Shown piece by piece: positions 31,507 through 43,535 of a stretch of DNA of 64,000 bases. The position numbers were made by a program, and so were the translations under genes. Below the pieces are notes generated by a model, which saw only the letters and a list, made by a program, of their open reading frames with translations, made no database searches and was not told where the DNA came from. Position 1 is the stretch's first letter. Every line of letters starts with the position of its first letter. Source of the DNA: Roseibacillus sp. (lineage in GTDB: Bacteria; Verrucomicrobiota; Verrucomicrobiia; Verrucomicrobiales; Akkermansiaceae); assembly GCA_965242925.1 (NCBI GenBank), contig CBDEUM010000013.1:96001-160000 (forward strand), in the 5' to 3' direction.

Positions 31507-32736
31507 TTATCTCCGCCGTGGAACCAGCGGATTGCGCGGAATCCGCGGACGGTTGTCCGGGGCACGCTTGAAGGGATCGGGGTTCTTCCCCTCCGGCGGA
31601 ATGAGATCCTTCTTCCTCTGCGCCTCCGCTTCCTTTTCCTTCATGATCCTGAGCTGCTCCTTGAAATGGAGGGCCAGTTTCTTCATCCGCTCGTGGTCGC
31701 CGAGGGCGATCTCTGCCTGGCGGGTCCCGCGGTGGGCTTCACTGAGGGCCAGATAATCACCAGCCAGTCTCTGGCAGAGTGGGATGGTGTGGCCCTTGGC
31801 CTCCTCCCGCAGGAGCACGCGATGCGCCGCCAGCGCCTTGACCTCCGCGCCTACCCGCCCTCCTTTCTCAAGCTTGGTCACCAGGGCCCTCACGCGAGCT
31901 TCTGCCTCCTCCCCAAGCGCCCGGAGATACGGGGCCTTCTCCAGATCACGGAAGGCCACCCACTGGTCCACGAGGTTCGGCTTCCCCTTGATCTCGTCGA
32001 TACGCCTGTTCACCCACTCTTCGGCCGCAATCTGGTGATCTCCCTTCGGATTGGCTTCGATCTCCAGCCACTGGCGCAGGGCCGACGATCCATTCTCGGG
32101 AAAACGGTGCCCCAGTCCATGCCAGGTCTCGAACGTGGTCCGTGCCCCCAACGGCCGATAGTGAACGAGGGCCCGCAATGCGAAGGGATAGGTCTCATCC
32201 TGCCGCCCGACCCCGACAAAGAGGGACTTGGGGCCGCGGAACTTCGCGGGCTTCCTGATGAGAAACTGGTGACCCGCTCCCAGGATGACGGCCCCGGCCA
32301 GCCCGGGATCGTGCTGCAGGAGAAACCCTGCCATCCAACCTCCCTTGCTGAAACCCGCCACGTAGCAGCGCCTGGGATCGAGGTTCCACTTGGCCGCAAG
32401 ATGCCGCCGGGTGGAGGAAAAAATGAGGGACTCCTTCTCGATGTATTCCGCAGTGGCCGGCAGGTTTCCTTCCTGCGTGTAGGTCATGCCCACCACGATC
32501 CAGTCCTGGTCCTGCGTATGAGCCTGGATCAGCTCGGTGGTGGGTCGGCCCCCTGTCCCGTGATAGTAGAAGATCGCAGGCCATTTGCGGTCCGGACTGT
32601 AGTTCCCGGGAAGGACCACCTGCACGCGTTCCGCCAGCTGGGGAAAACCCAGTTCGAGACGCTTGGGCGCGCTGTGCACCATCCCGACAGTGAGGGACAG
32701 GGCAGGGAAGAGCGCCAGAGAGGCCTTGATCCGCAT
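31507..32736 (-). CDS. secreted alpha/beta-hydrolase-like protein
   Basis: Signal peptide, YYHGTGG, nucleophile elbow GFSKGG, GLGH. Confidence 0.75.
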   Translation of the reverse strand: MRIKASLALFPALSLTVGMVHSAPKRLELGFPQLAERVQVVLPGNYSPDRKWPAIFYYHGTGGRPTTELIQAHTQDQDWIVVGMTYTQEGNLPATAEYIEKESLIFSSTRRHLAAKWNLDPRRCYVAGFSKGGWMAGFLLQHDPGLAGAVILGAGHQFLIRKPAKFRGPKSLFVGVGRQDETYPFALRALVHYRPLGARTTFETWHGLGHRFPENGSSALRQWLEIEANPKGDHQIAAEEWVNRRIDEIKGKPNLVDQWVAFRDLEKAPYLRALGEEAEARVRALVTKLEKGGRVGAEVKALAAHRVLLREEAKGHTIPLCQRLAGDYLALSEAHRGTRQAEIALGDHERMKKLALHFKEQLRIMKEKEAEAQRKKDLIPPEGKNPDPFKRAPDNRPRIPRNPLVPRRR

Positions 32737-32870
32737 GGCTTGAGCGAAAGGAGAGAAGAGAATCACCGATTCTAGATCCACCCCGCCCTGGAGCAACGTT
32801 CATCTTTCCAGCCACCGGGCGGCACCCGGCAGGGATGGTGATTGTTCCATTCCCGTGCTATGCATCCCCC

Positions 32871-33290
32871 GTGCTTGAGGTCGTCTGTGCCATCATCCTT
32901 CGTGACCACGAGATCCTGCTCTGCCAACGGGCTCCCGGACAGCATCTGGCCGGACACTGGGAATTCCCCGGCGGCAAGGTGGAAGAGGGTGAGGAAGCGG
33001 CCGCCGCCCTGCAGCGGGAGATCCGCGAGGAACTCGATTGCACGGTCGAGGTCGGAGAGGCGCTCCCCCCCATTGAACACCACTACCCCGCTCTCTCCCT
33101 GCGCCTGCAGGCCTTCCCCTGTCGCCTCGTCCCGTCATCCCCGGAACCGCAGGCCCTGGATCATGCTGCCATCCGGTGGATGCCCCTGCAGGAAGTGGAG
33201 AGCCTTTCGCTGGCAGGAGCGGACTACAGGCTCTGGGTCAAGGCGCGTGAGATCATTGAGGGGGAAATCCAACGGTCAGGCTCCGGGTAA
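32871..33290 (+). CDS. MutT/NudG-like NUDIX hydrolase
   Basis: WEFPGGKVEEGEEAAAALQREIREEL Nudix box. Confidence 0.92.
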   Translation: MLEVVCAIILRDHEILLCQRAPGQHLAGHWEFPGGKVEEGEEAAAALQREIREELDCTVEVGEALPPIEHHYPALSLRLQAFPCRLVPSSPEPQALDHAAIRWMPLQEVESLSLAGADYRLWVKAREIIEGEIQRSGSG

Positions 33291-33429
33291 TCCCAAACCT
33301 GCGATCCTCGGACCCACGGAGATTACTGCTCTCCCTTCCCTCCACCACATGCCGTTCGCTACCCAAGAAGAAGGCCGGTGAGCGAACTCACCGGCCTTGC
33401 TGCTGAAATTATTTCTTGAATCTACTCGG

Positions 33430-34179
33430 TTAGCGACGGCGCCGGAAGAGAACGAAAAGTCCTCCAAGGCTCAGAAGCAGGGAGCTCGGCTCCGGAACGA
33501 GGAGCGATCCCCAGTCGTTGCCATTGCCATCGCTGTCGAAGACCGCTAGGCCAGCACTGGCGCCGAAACCAGGAGTGTAACCGATACCACCGAAGTCACC
33601 AGCACCGCCATTGCTTCCGGCGGCATTGTATCCGAAACCGATGTCAGCCGCGGACTGGGCGCCACCACCGTCTTCCGTGAAGACGACATGGGCGTTAAAC
33701 CAACCACCTCCACCGAAGGCGTAGACAGCGTTGCTGCGCTGGTTCCAACCGGTGTTCTGGTGGGTAGCCCCGGCATCACCACGTGCGGTGAGGTCAGTGT
33801 TGCTCGTGATCGGAGTGATGTTGACCTGAACGCGGTCATCATAGTTCTCAGTGAAGGAGAACGATCCGTCGCTATCGTAAAATTGGAAAGTGACAACGAT
33901 GTCGTGGTGGTCACCGCTCAAGTCGATGACACCAGCACCAGGCTCGCGATCGATGTCGATACCGGCGTCGGTCAGGACACCACCAACACCGCCGGCATCC
34001 ACTGTAGCTACTCCGGTAGCAATCACAGAGAGGTCGTTAGAGGGCGTCTCGCCAGTGAAGTCAGCTCCGGGGAGATTATTGGTCCGAAGGTAGAGCGCTT
34101 GATTGGGCGTCCAGATTCCAGCACCAAGAGCAGATGCCAGAGAAAGAGGAACGAGGGGAAGCAGGGCTTTCAGTTTCAT
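33430..34179 (-). CDS. PEP-CTERM surface protein with a divergent PA14-like domain
   Basis: Signal MKLKALLPLVPLSLASALG; C-terminus VPEPSSLLLSLGGLFVLFRRRR; FTENYDDRV and FTEDGGGAQS motifs. Confidence 0.88.
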   Translation of the reverse strand: MKLKALLPLVPLSLASALGAGIWTPNQALYLRTNNLPGADFTGETPSNDLSVIATGVATVDAGGVGGVLTDAGIDIDREPGAGVIDLSGDHHDIVVTFQFYDSDGSFSFTENYDDRVQVNITPITSNTDLTARGDAGATHQNTGWNQRSNAVYAFGGGGWFNAHVVFTEDGGGAQSAADIGFGYNAAGSNGGAGDFGGIGYTPGFGASAGLAVFDSDGNGNDWGSLLVPEPSSLLLSLGGLFVLFRRRR

Positions 34180-34508
34180 TTCTATTTTTCGTAGTAGGTT
34201 TTTGAAATAAAAGGCGTTGTGACCTTTCAGCGGTACCATTCCACACCCTTCCCGGGGATTAGTTAAGAACTAAATGACGAAAATTTCATTTATTTTGGTA
34301 ACAACAATTATCCCTTGGGATTAGTAGATTATCCATCAAATCCAGAGGACTGAAATCCCCGGCTCCGGGACCGTGACCCAGGGGACGTAGATAAGGCTCC
34401 GCAGCCACTGATTCCCAACTGCACCCACCCGGGTTTTCCCCTCAGAAACAGGCCTCATACGAACTTTTTCACATTGCCAAGCCCTCGCTTGTCCGAGATC
34501 GTTCCCCC

Positions 34509-37500
34509 ATGGCGCAAGCAAGACGAAAGGGCATTCGGAACGAGTTATTCCGGCGTGCCATCCGAACCGCAGGTTCTGCCTTCCTCCTTACCATGATGGG
34601 CTGTTCGGACGATTCTGCTGAAAAACACCCACCAGACGAGGCGGATTCACCTGCCGCGGCAGAAAATACGCCCTTTACCTTCAAGGTCCAGAGCGACCGG
34701 GAGCGAGAGGAGCTCGCCCAGCGCGAAAAAGAGTTCGATCCCAGCAACGATGGCTGGGAGAGCGAGGCCTTCCATGGGGAGATCACCTCCCAGCTCAAGT
34801 TGCTGGCAGAATCCCTGTCGTTGGACGAGCCCCCCGGGATTCTCAGCCCGGATGCGGCCTCCTCGATCCTGCGACCCGCCAATCTGGTGCCTGTATTCCA
34901 GCGCCACGGCATGAATATCCTGCGTGCCCCCTCCCCGGCCGACTCTCCTGCCGGCCCCCTCGCGGATCAGCTGAAGGCCCTCGCTGCCTCTCTCCACCGC
35001 GAGGGAGCCGATGTCTCGGTCCGGTTCAAGCAATTCCGCGTCCGTCCCCCGGCAGAGGGTGGAGAGAGTCCCTCAAGCACCGTGCTCTACAAGGCCAGGG
35101 CCTCCAGCCCGTCCGGGGAACGCGTCCAGAACGCCACCTGGGGCATCGAGTGGGTCTACTCCCCTGCCACCTCCACCTACTTGATCAAGACCGTCCGCCC
35201 GAGCGACTTCGAGGAGATCGAGCTGCCGGCTTCTCCGGAGATCGCCACCACCGAGGACACCCATGCGCTCTTCCGGGACCGCACCGGTGATCTCATCGAT
35301 CGCCTCCCGCGGGGCGACTTCATTCACTGGGGTGCCAACGAACTCTCCGTCCGCGGCCTCTACCAGAATGGACGCGCCCTCATTGGACTCGCGGTAGCCG
35401 ACGCCAACGGGGACGGAATCGACGACGTCTTCGCTCCGCAATCCCGAGATCTTCCCAACCTGTTCTTCCTCTCCCAGCCCGATGGAAGTCTCCGGGAAGT
35501 GGCGGCCCGGTCAGGGCTCGACTGGCTGGACGAGACCACTGTCTCGCTCTTCGCCGACTTCGACAACGACGGCGACCAGGACCTCGTCGCGGCAACCCGC
35601 CAGCGTCTTGCCTTTCACGAGAATACCGATGGATCCGGCCTGAATTTCAAGCGGATCCTGGAGCTGCCCCAGAGCGACACCTCCTCCCTCGCAGCTGCCG
35701 ACTATGATGGCGACGGGCTCCTCGATCTTTTCGTGTGCAATTACCTGAGCAGCGTGGGGAATGAGGCGGTCACTCTCTCCGATGCGATCTACAACGCCCT
35801 CGATGGTGGTTCGAACCTGCTCTACCGCAATGAAGGTTCGCTGAAGTTTACCGACGTTACGGAAGCAGTGGGTATGCACGTGGATGCAACCCGGTTGAGC
35901 CTGGCGGCCTCCTGGGAAGATTTCGACAACGACGGGGATGTCGACCTCTACGTGGCCAACGACTTTGGACCGAACTGTCTCTACCGCAACGACAAGGGCA
36001 AGTTCACCCAGATCGCCAAGGAGGTGGGGGCGGACGATCCTTCCTTCGGAATGTCGATCACCTGGGGTGATATCAACCGTGACGGACTGATGGACGCCTG
36101 CATCTCCAACATGTTCTCCGCAGCCGGGAACCGCGTGACCGCCCAGCCCAAGTTCGAACAGGATCTCACCGAGGGACTGGATGCCAAGCGCATCGCCTAC
36201 CTCGCACGTGGCAACACCCTCCTCGTCAACCAGGGTGGAAAACTCTTCCAGGAACGCAGTGCCCAGGCCGGTGTGGTCAACACCCAGTGGACCTGGGGAA
36301 CGCTTTTCGGCGACTTCGACAACAGTGGCGATCTCGACATGATGGCCATGAACGGCTACATCACCGGACCGGTGGTCGATGACTTGTGAAGTTTTTACTG
36401 GCGGCAGGTCCTGCCGGAATCAGGAACAAAGAGTCCCTCGCGCGATCAACTTGAAATCTACCTGCGGGAGGGGCGTTCCCTCAGCGGCCGGGAGCGCAAC
36501 GCCCTCTTCTTCAATACCGGCACCGGAAACAGACGCTTTGCGGACGTGTCATCGATCTCCGGGATCGACCAGGACGGCGATGGGCGCGGCCTCTGCCTCA
36601 CGGACTGGGATGCCGACGGCGACCTCGACGCCTGGGTAAGCAACCGGACGGCCCCCACCATACAGGTCTTCGAAAACCGCTGGGGTTCCCAGGCGGGAGA
36701 TTTCATCGCCCTCAACCTGCAGGGCACCAAGGCTAACCGCGATGCCGCCGGGGCACGCGTGACACTGCTGCTCAAGGGACAGGAACAGGCCCCTCTCACC
36801 CGCACCGTGCATCTCGGGGAAGGGTTCCAGAGCCAGTCCTCCAAGCGCCTGCACTTCGGCCTTGGAAAGAACGCCACGATTTCCTCCGTGACCGTGCGCT
36901 GGCCGGGACCGTCCCATGCCACCGAGACGTTCTCAGGCGTGGAGATCAACAAATTCCACCTCCTGGTGGAGGGCTCCGGCCAGGCCAGGGTCCTGCAACC
37001 CCGGGGAGCCAAGTTCGTGACTCCCGAGAATGCGGTTGTGAAGCCGGAGGAACGGATCAAAAGGCCGGAGAGCAGCAACAGCATCCTGCTCCCCACCCGT
37101 CAGCTCTTCCCCAAACTCCACTATCGTGATCTTGCCACCGGCAAGACCATGATCGGAGCCACTTCCGGCAAACCCACCCTCCTTCTTCTCTGGCACCCGT
37201 CCTGCGCCATGTGTTTCGAGGAACTGTCCATGTTCACCGGGGAAGCCGACAAGATTCGCCGCCTCGGCATTGAGATCCTGGCCACCACGGCCGAACCGGC
37301 GGAGGATGAGGATCCCGATGATGCCGCCAGCATCATCTCCAAGACCGGCTTCCCCTTCACCGTCGGCTTCACCGCCGGGGAAGTGGTCGAACGCATGCTG
37401 GTACTTCACCGTCACCTCTTCTACAGTCCCTACCATCTGAGTGTCCCCACCTCCTTTCTCCTCGACAAGGATGGGCGCATGGCTGCGATCTACCGGGGTG

Positions 37501-38276
37501 CAATCGATCTCAAAGAGTTAGAGGAGCACCTCAAGGCTCTCGCCATCCCCGACAAAGAACTCCTCTCCCGGATCCGCCCCTTCGAGGGTAGCCGGTTCGA
37601 ACCAGCCATGGGGCCGCGGCCCTCGGTCCTCATTAAGACTTACGTCGAAAACCAGATGCCCGACGAAGCCGAGCGCGTCTTCATCGCAAGCATCGAGAAC
37701 GAGTCGATCAGGGACCAGAGCAATGAGATCATGGCCACCCTGGGGCAGAGTTACTTCCTGCAGAAAAAGTTTGCCGAGGCCAAGCCGCTCTTCGAGCAGG
37801 TGGTGAAGCGTGATCCCAGGGACGCCAAGTCCCGTAACACCCTCGCCGCCATCTGCCTGAAGGACGGAAACATGGTCGAGGCCAAGCGTCTGTGGCGGGA
37901 GGCCTCTGACCTCGAGGAGGATTTCTCAGCTCCCCGTTTCAATCTCGGCAAGCAACTCATGAAGGAGCAGCGGACTGCGGAGGCCATGATCCTCTTCCTC
38001 GAATACTGGGTCCTCGAGCCCGATTCCCCGGACGCCCACAATTACCTCTCCATGGGCTACCTCCGTGGTCGTGAGTTCGCCAAGGCCGAGATGCACCTCA
38101 AGCGCCTCATCGAACTGCGCCCCGACGATGGCATCGCCTACACCAACCTGGCCAAGGTCTACCTCGCCCTCCGCAATGTCGCCGCCGCCCGGGACATCAT
38201 CACCCGCGGGCTCCAGATCGAGGGGATCGACCCGCGCAGTCGGCAGGCCCTCCAGCAGTTGAGCGAACGTCTGTGA
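34509..38276 (+). CDS. FG-GAP + ASPIC/UnbV + thioredoxin-like (CxxC) + TPR protein; in-frame TGA at 36387 (candidate Sec627), 1255 aa if read through
   Basis: ORFs 34509-36389 and 36546-38276 share a frame with no other stop between them: DDL*SFYWRQV...GRSLSGRERNALFFN. Also DxDxDGDxD repeats, GEGFQSQS, WHPSCAMC and TPRs. Confidence 0.8.
36390..36426 (+). promoter_or_regulatory. putative SECIS element
   Basis: CGGCAG-GTC-CTGCCG stem-loop (36402-36416) on a CTGG/TCAG lower stem; GGT apex 17 nt after the TGA. Confidence 0.7.
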
Positions 38277-38299
38277 CCATCGGCCCTTCCGGTCGGAAT

Positions 38300-38334
38300 G
38301 GCGGTGGAGTCCTCAGGGCTCCACCACCTTTTTG
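38300..38334 (+). terminator. intrinsic terminator
   Basis: GGTGGAGTCC-TCA-GGGCTCCACC followed by ACCTTTTT. Confidence 0.75.
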
Positions 38335-38584
38335 TTTCCGGGGCGCGGGTTCACAGCTTCATGCCGGAGAGATTGATCCCGCTCTGTTCCCACCAGCGGA
38401 TGTCATCCGCTCAGGCTGACACTTCCATCAGATGGAATATCAAACGATACGATATTCAATTCCATTGAACCCTTTTAAAGTAATTCATACATACTACCGG
38501 AATCTAGGTTGTTCGCTGGTTCCCAATCCCCCACCGGGAATCCCAGCAGCACAAAAACTCCAATCAAAACCCACCCACATCTCT

Positions 38585-41500
38585 ATGAAGCTGCACCTTC
38601 GCTTATTCCCCACGCTGCTCTGTGCGGCCCTTATCTCTCCGCTTCTGCTCGCGCAGCACACCCCCGAGAGTCTTCTCCTCCGCCGCACGGACGGTCTCAA
38701 CGTCGGCGGCGACGACTTCACCGGCGCCCTGCCCGAGAACGCCGACCAGGCTGCTCCCTTCGGCGAACTGGACGATCCCAATTCCAGTCTCATTACCGCC
38801 CTTGATGTCGACCTCGAACCCGGAAACGGGGGCATCGATCTCCTTGGTGACAACTACGATCTCGCCTTCATCTTCCAGCTCTACGATGCCGACGGCGTCT
38901 TCGCCTTCACCGAGAACTTCGACGACCGCGTCTTCTCCTTCACCGAAAACTCAAGATCGTGGCTACTCCGATCGGCGGCTCTGACAACCTGACCGCCACC
39001 GGGGCACCCCTCCAGCACAGCGATCTGGGCTGGGACACCCGCACCTACGCCAACTTCGACTTTTCTGCCGAGGGCGGCGGCGGCTGGTTCAACGTTGATA
39101 TCTGGCTCACCGAGGACGGGGGCGGTGCCCAGTCCGCCGCTGACATCGGCTTCGGTTACTTCAATGGCACTTCTTCCAACACCGCCGACTTCGGCGGCAT
39201 CGGATATGCCAGCACCTTGGGAATCAGCAGCGGGGCTCCCGCGGTCTTTGACACCGACGCCAACGGCCAGAGCTGGGGCGCTTACCTCGCCGGCTTCGAT
39301 CCCAATCTCGACAGCGACGGCGATAGCATCCCTGACGGCTACGAGTTGCAGTATTTCCCCGGGGACCTGAGCCAGCTTGGACCCGGCGACTTCGACGGCG
39401 ATGGAGTGAGCGATCCCGACGAGTACATCGACGGGACCGATCCCACTGTAGCGGACGCCGACAATGACGGCTCCAACGACGGCCAGGAAAAGGCTGCCGG
39501 CACCGATCCCTCCGATCCCGACAGCGACGGCGACGGCCTGCTTGACGGGGCGGAAACTGGCACCGGTGTATTCGTTGACGCCAACAACACCGGCACCGAT
39601 CCGCTCGATTTCGACAGTGACGACGATTCGATCGGAGACGGGACCGAGGTTGCTGCCGGATTCGATCCCAATGACCCTGCCTCCCATCCGAACGTAAGCA
39701 CAGCCAACCACAGATCGGAAAGGGTTCTCTACCGCCGGACGGACAACCTCCCCGGAGCGGACTTCACCGGGGCCCTGCCAGAGAACATTGACCAGGCCGC
39801 CCCCTTCGGAGAACCGGAGGACCCGGACTCTTTCCTCCTCGAGGCGATCAATGTGGACCAGGAGCCAGGGAGTGGGGGCGTTGACCTCACCGGCGACAAC
39901 CACGACCTCGCCTTCATCTTCCAGCTCTATGACGCCGACGGCGTCTTTGCCTTCACCGAGAATTATGACGACCGCGTCAAGATCGTGACCACCCCGATTA
40001 GCAGTTCCACCAACCTCGAAGCCAGCGGAGCAGCGGTCCAGCACACCGATGTGGGCTGGAACACCCGCAGTTTCGCCAACTTCGACTTCGGGGAAGGGGG
40101 CTGGTTCAACGTCGATATCTGGTTCAGCGAGGACGGAGGCGGCGCCCAGTCCGCGGCCGACATCGGCTTCGGCTACTACAACGACTCCTCGACCAATACC
40201 ACCGACTTCGGCGGCATCGGCTATGCCAGCACCTTCGGAGTAAGCAGCGGGGCCCCCGCGGCCTTTGACACCGACGGCAATGGCCAGAGCTGGGGTGTCT
40301 ACCTCGACAGCTTTGATCCCGAAATCGACACCGACGGCGACAGCATCCCCGACGGGTACGAGTTACAGTTGTTCCCCGGGGACCTGACCCAACTCGGATC
40401 CGGCGACTTCGATGGCGACGGGCTCAACGACCTGGAGGAATACAGTGGAGGGACCGATCCCACCGACACCGACACCGATGGTGACGGCCTGCTGGACAAC
40501 GTGGAAACCGGGAGCGGCACCTTTGTGGACTCCAACGACACCGGCACCGATCCTCGCTATGCCGACACCGATGGAGACGGCCTGAGCGACGGTGCGGAGA
40601 GCAACAGCGGCACTTTCGTCGATGCCAACGACACCGGCACGAATCCTCTGGAGACGGATTCCGACAGCGACGGCTGCCCTGACGGCGTGGAAGTTGCCCT
40701 GGGCGGGGATCGGGATCCCAACGGCGCGGACGGCCCGGGAGCCAATTCCACCTCCTATGTGCAGCCCTTCGACGGCTTCCCCAACGGTACCACCGACCTG
40801 TGCGATGGCAGCCAGATCGGAAGCAACAACGGCCCGGCCTCCATCCAGAATGACCAGCTCCGCCTGTCCCAGGATGGGACTGGAAGCACTCACTCGTCAT
40901 TCCGGATCCCGGCCCTCAACGGCTCCGCTGACGCCTGGACCATGACCTTCGACTACACCATCACCGCCGGTGGGGACCCGGCAGATGGCTTCGCCATTTC
41001 CTACGGGGCCATCCCCCCACTCACCAACCCCACCGGGGCCGCCACTGACGATGCCAACGGCGCGGGCGAGGAAGCCTGGAGCACCGCCATCCCGTGGCTC
41101 TCGGTGGAGGTCGATACCTATGACAACGGAGCAGGAGAAGGGGGCGTCAATGTGGCAACCAACACCACCGCCCACCCGGATCTGACCTTCATCCCCGGTC
41201 GGCCCATTGCCAGCGGAGAAACGCGAACCGGGACCGTGACGATCGCCTGGGACGGCAATGCCGGAACCCTCAGCGCCAACATCACCGGCCTGGTCAACCC
41301 GGTTGAGATCGTGGACCTGTCCATTCCGGACTTCACCGCCGACGACTCCTACATCTGGGCCATCAATGCCCGGACCGGGGGAGCGCACGAAACCGTCCTG
41401 ATCGACAACATGTCCGTCTCCACCACCACCACTGACGTCCACAACTTCGTGGTCTCCAATGATGACAGCGGGGCTAACCTCGACTTTGAGTGGAACAGCT

Positions 41501-42183
41501 TCGCTTCCGAAGTCTACACCGTGGTGAGCTCCACCGATCCGGCAGCGGACGGCCCACCCGAGACCTGGACCCCCGTGGCCGGACTGCAGAACCTGGGTGC
41601 CACCGTGCCGTCCAACACACACAGCATCCCGAATCCAGGCGATCCGCTGCGTATCTACCGTCTCCTGGCCGGGCCGGTTCCGGCCCTCTTCTCCGACGAC
41701 TTCGAGTCGGGAGCCGGAGACTGGACCGCCCTGGTCAATGATCCCGGTGGCAACACCCAGTGGGAGTTGGGCGCCCCGGTCGGTTCCACCGGGCCGCTTA
41801 CTGGCGCGGAGGATTCCGCCACCGCCTGGTGCACCAACCTGGGCGATTACGGAACCGACTCCGACATTTCCCTTCGCTCACCTGCCATTGACCTGACTGG
41901 TGTGCCCGGAGCGGTCCTGAGCTTTGAGGCCTTCCGGGATGCGGATGGATTCGGCGACACTGCCGAGGTGCGCTTCCTACGCGCCGCCGACCAGGTGCCG
42001 CTCGGGGCATCCGTTGCCCTCGACATGACCGCCTTCGACTCCGACTTTGAAACGATCGAGATTCCGGTCGCCGCCGCAGCCATCGGGGAAACCGTCATCA
42101 TCGAGTTCAACTTCGTCAGTGACAGTAGCGCAGACGCCTTCAGCGGTCTCACCATTGACAACGTCAGCGTGAGTGCCAACTAG
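38585..42183 (+). CDS. large secreted protein (2 PA14-like domains, TSP3-like DxDxDG repeats, legume-lectin-like domain, C-terminal beta-sandwich), frameshifted by a 20-nt insertion at 38931-38950
   Basis: Signal peptide MKLHLRLFPTLLCAALISPLLLA; internal duplicated domain; ADGFAISYG...VEVDTYDN; FSDDFESG...SPAIDLTG. Confidence 0.8.
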
Positions 42184-42212
42184 GCACCCGCCCAAGTGCA
42201 ACTCTCACCCTG

Positions 42213-42250
42213 AGGCGGTGGAGCCATCCGGCTTCACCGCCTTTTCTTTT
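42213..42250 (+). terminator. intrinsic terminator
   Basis: AGGCGGTGGAGCC-ATCC-GGCTTCACCGCCT then TTTCTTTT. Confidence 0.85.
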
Positions 42251-42293
42251 CCAGTCCCACGCCCCGGATTGGCGAATCCCGGGATGGTCCCGC

Positions 42294-43499
42294 TCAACCC
42301 TCCCTTTCCCGCGGCAGGCGCGCAGTCAGGACCACCGCCGCGCACACAAACCCGGCACTCGCCCACAGACAACCCGACAATCCCGCCCACAGGTAGAGCA
42401 AACCGGAAAGCAGCGTTCCCACCAGACGCCCCCCGGCATTGGCCATGTAGTAAAACCCCACATTGAGGGCCACCTTGTCGGAATCCGTATAGGCCAGGAT
42501 CAGGTGGGAGTGCACTGCCGAGTTCACCGCGAAGACGACTCCAAACACCGCAAGACCAACCAGCACCATCACCACCACCTGAAAGTCCAACTGCACTGCC
42601 AGGGCCAGGGCTCCCGTCACCAGGGCCAGCATCCCCACCCACCCCAGGGCGGCCCGCTCCCCGCCACGCTTCAGCAAGCCCGGAGTAGCCGCCTGGATCA
42701 ACCCGTAACCGATGACCCACGCCGCCATGAACCCGCCCACCGCGGCAAAACTCCATCCCAGCCTCTCCTTGAGGAAGACCGGCAGCCCCACCACAAACCA
42801 GATATCACGCGAACCGAAGAGAAAGAATCGTGCCAGGGAGAGGAGGTTGATTTCCCGGCTCTTGGAAAACAACTGGGTGAACTTCACCTTCTCCTTCGAC
42901 CTGCCCAGATCCTGCCGCAGACTCACCATCCCTCCCACCAGCAACAGGAGGAGGCCACCCGCCATCACCCAAAGGGCCATCACGAACCCAAGCCACTCCA
43001 GGAGAACACCTCCGGCGAGGAAGCCCACCCCTTTCAGGGCGTTCTTCGATCCGGTCAGAACGGCCACCCACTTAAAGAGGGCCCGTCCCGCTGTGGCCTC
43101 TCCTTCTCCCTCGGGAACAAGTAACTTGACCGCACTCTTCGCGCTCATCTTGGTCAAGTCCTTCGCCACCCCGGAAAGCGCCTGGGCCGCCATCACGTAG
43201 CCCACCGAAAAAAGCACCACCCAGTGCTGCTGCACCAGCGAAAGGGCCACCAGGGCCACGATCTGTGCACCCAACCCGGCAAAGAGAGTCACCTTCAACC
43301 CCACCCTCGACCCGATCCAGCCGCCCAGGAGATTGGTCACCAGTCCACAGAATTCATAAAGCAGGAACAGGAAGGCCAACTGGACCGGCGAGTAACCCAG
43401 GGCATGAAAGTGCAGCAGGACCAGCATGCGCAACGCGCCATCGGTCAGGGTGAATCCCCAATAGGACGCCGTGACGATCGTGTAATTGCGTATATCCAT
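42294..43499 (-). CDS. arsJ: organoarsenical efflux MFS transporter ArsJ
   Basis: YWGFTLTDGALRMLVLLHF, SGVAKDLTKMSAKSAVK, LTGSKNALKG, NVGFYYMANAGGRL; directly follows gapdh. Confidence 0.93.
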   Translation of the reverse strand: MDIRNYTIVTASYWGFTLTDGALRMLVLLHFHALGYSPVQLAFLFLLYEFCGLVTNLLGGWIGSRVGLKVTLFAGLGAQIVALVALSLVQQHWVVLFSVGYVMAAQALSGVAKDLTKMSAKSAVKLLVPEGEGEATAGRALFKWVAVLTGSKNALKGVGFLAGGVLLEWLGFVMALWVMAGGLLLLLVGGMVSLRQDLGRSKEKVKFTQLFSKSREINLLSLARFFLFGSRDIWFVVGLPVFLKERLGWSFAAVGGFMAAWVIGYGLIQAATPGLLKRGGERAALGWVGMLALVTGALALAVQLDFQVVVMVLVGLAVFGVVFAVNSAVHSHLILAYTDSDKVALNVGFYYMANAGGRLVGTLLSGLLYLWAGLSGCLWASAGFVCAAVVLTARLPREREG

Positions 43500-43535
43500 C
43501 CTCCCGTAGCGTGTTCGAAATGTGCTGATCCCACG

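Noticed and set aside
39300..40700. Recurrent GAC-rich repeats as a CRISPR array or DNA repeat element
   Set aside because: They are degenerate, in-frame codons for DxDxDG calcium-binding repeats, with no constant repeat-spacer structure.
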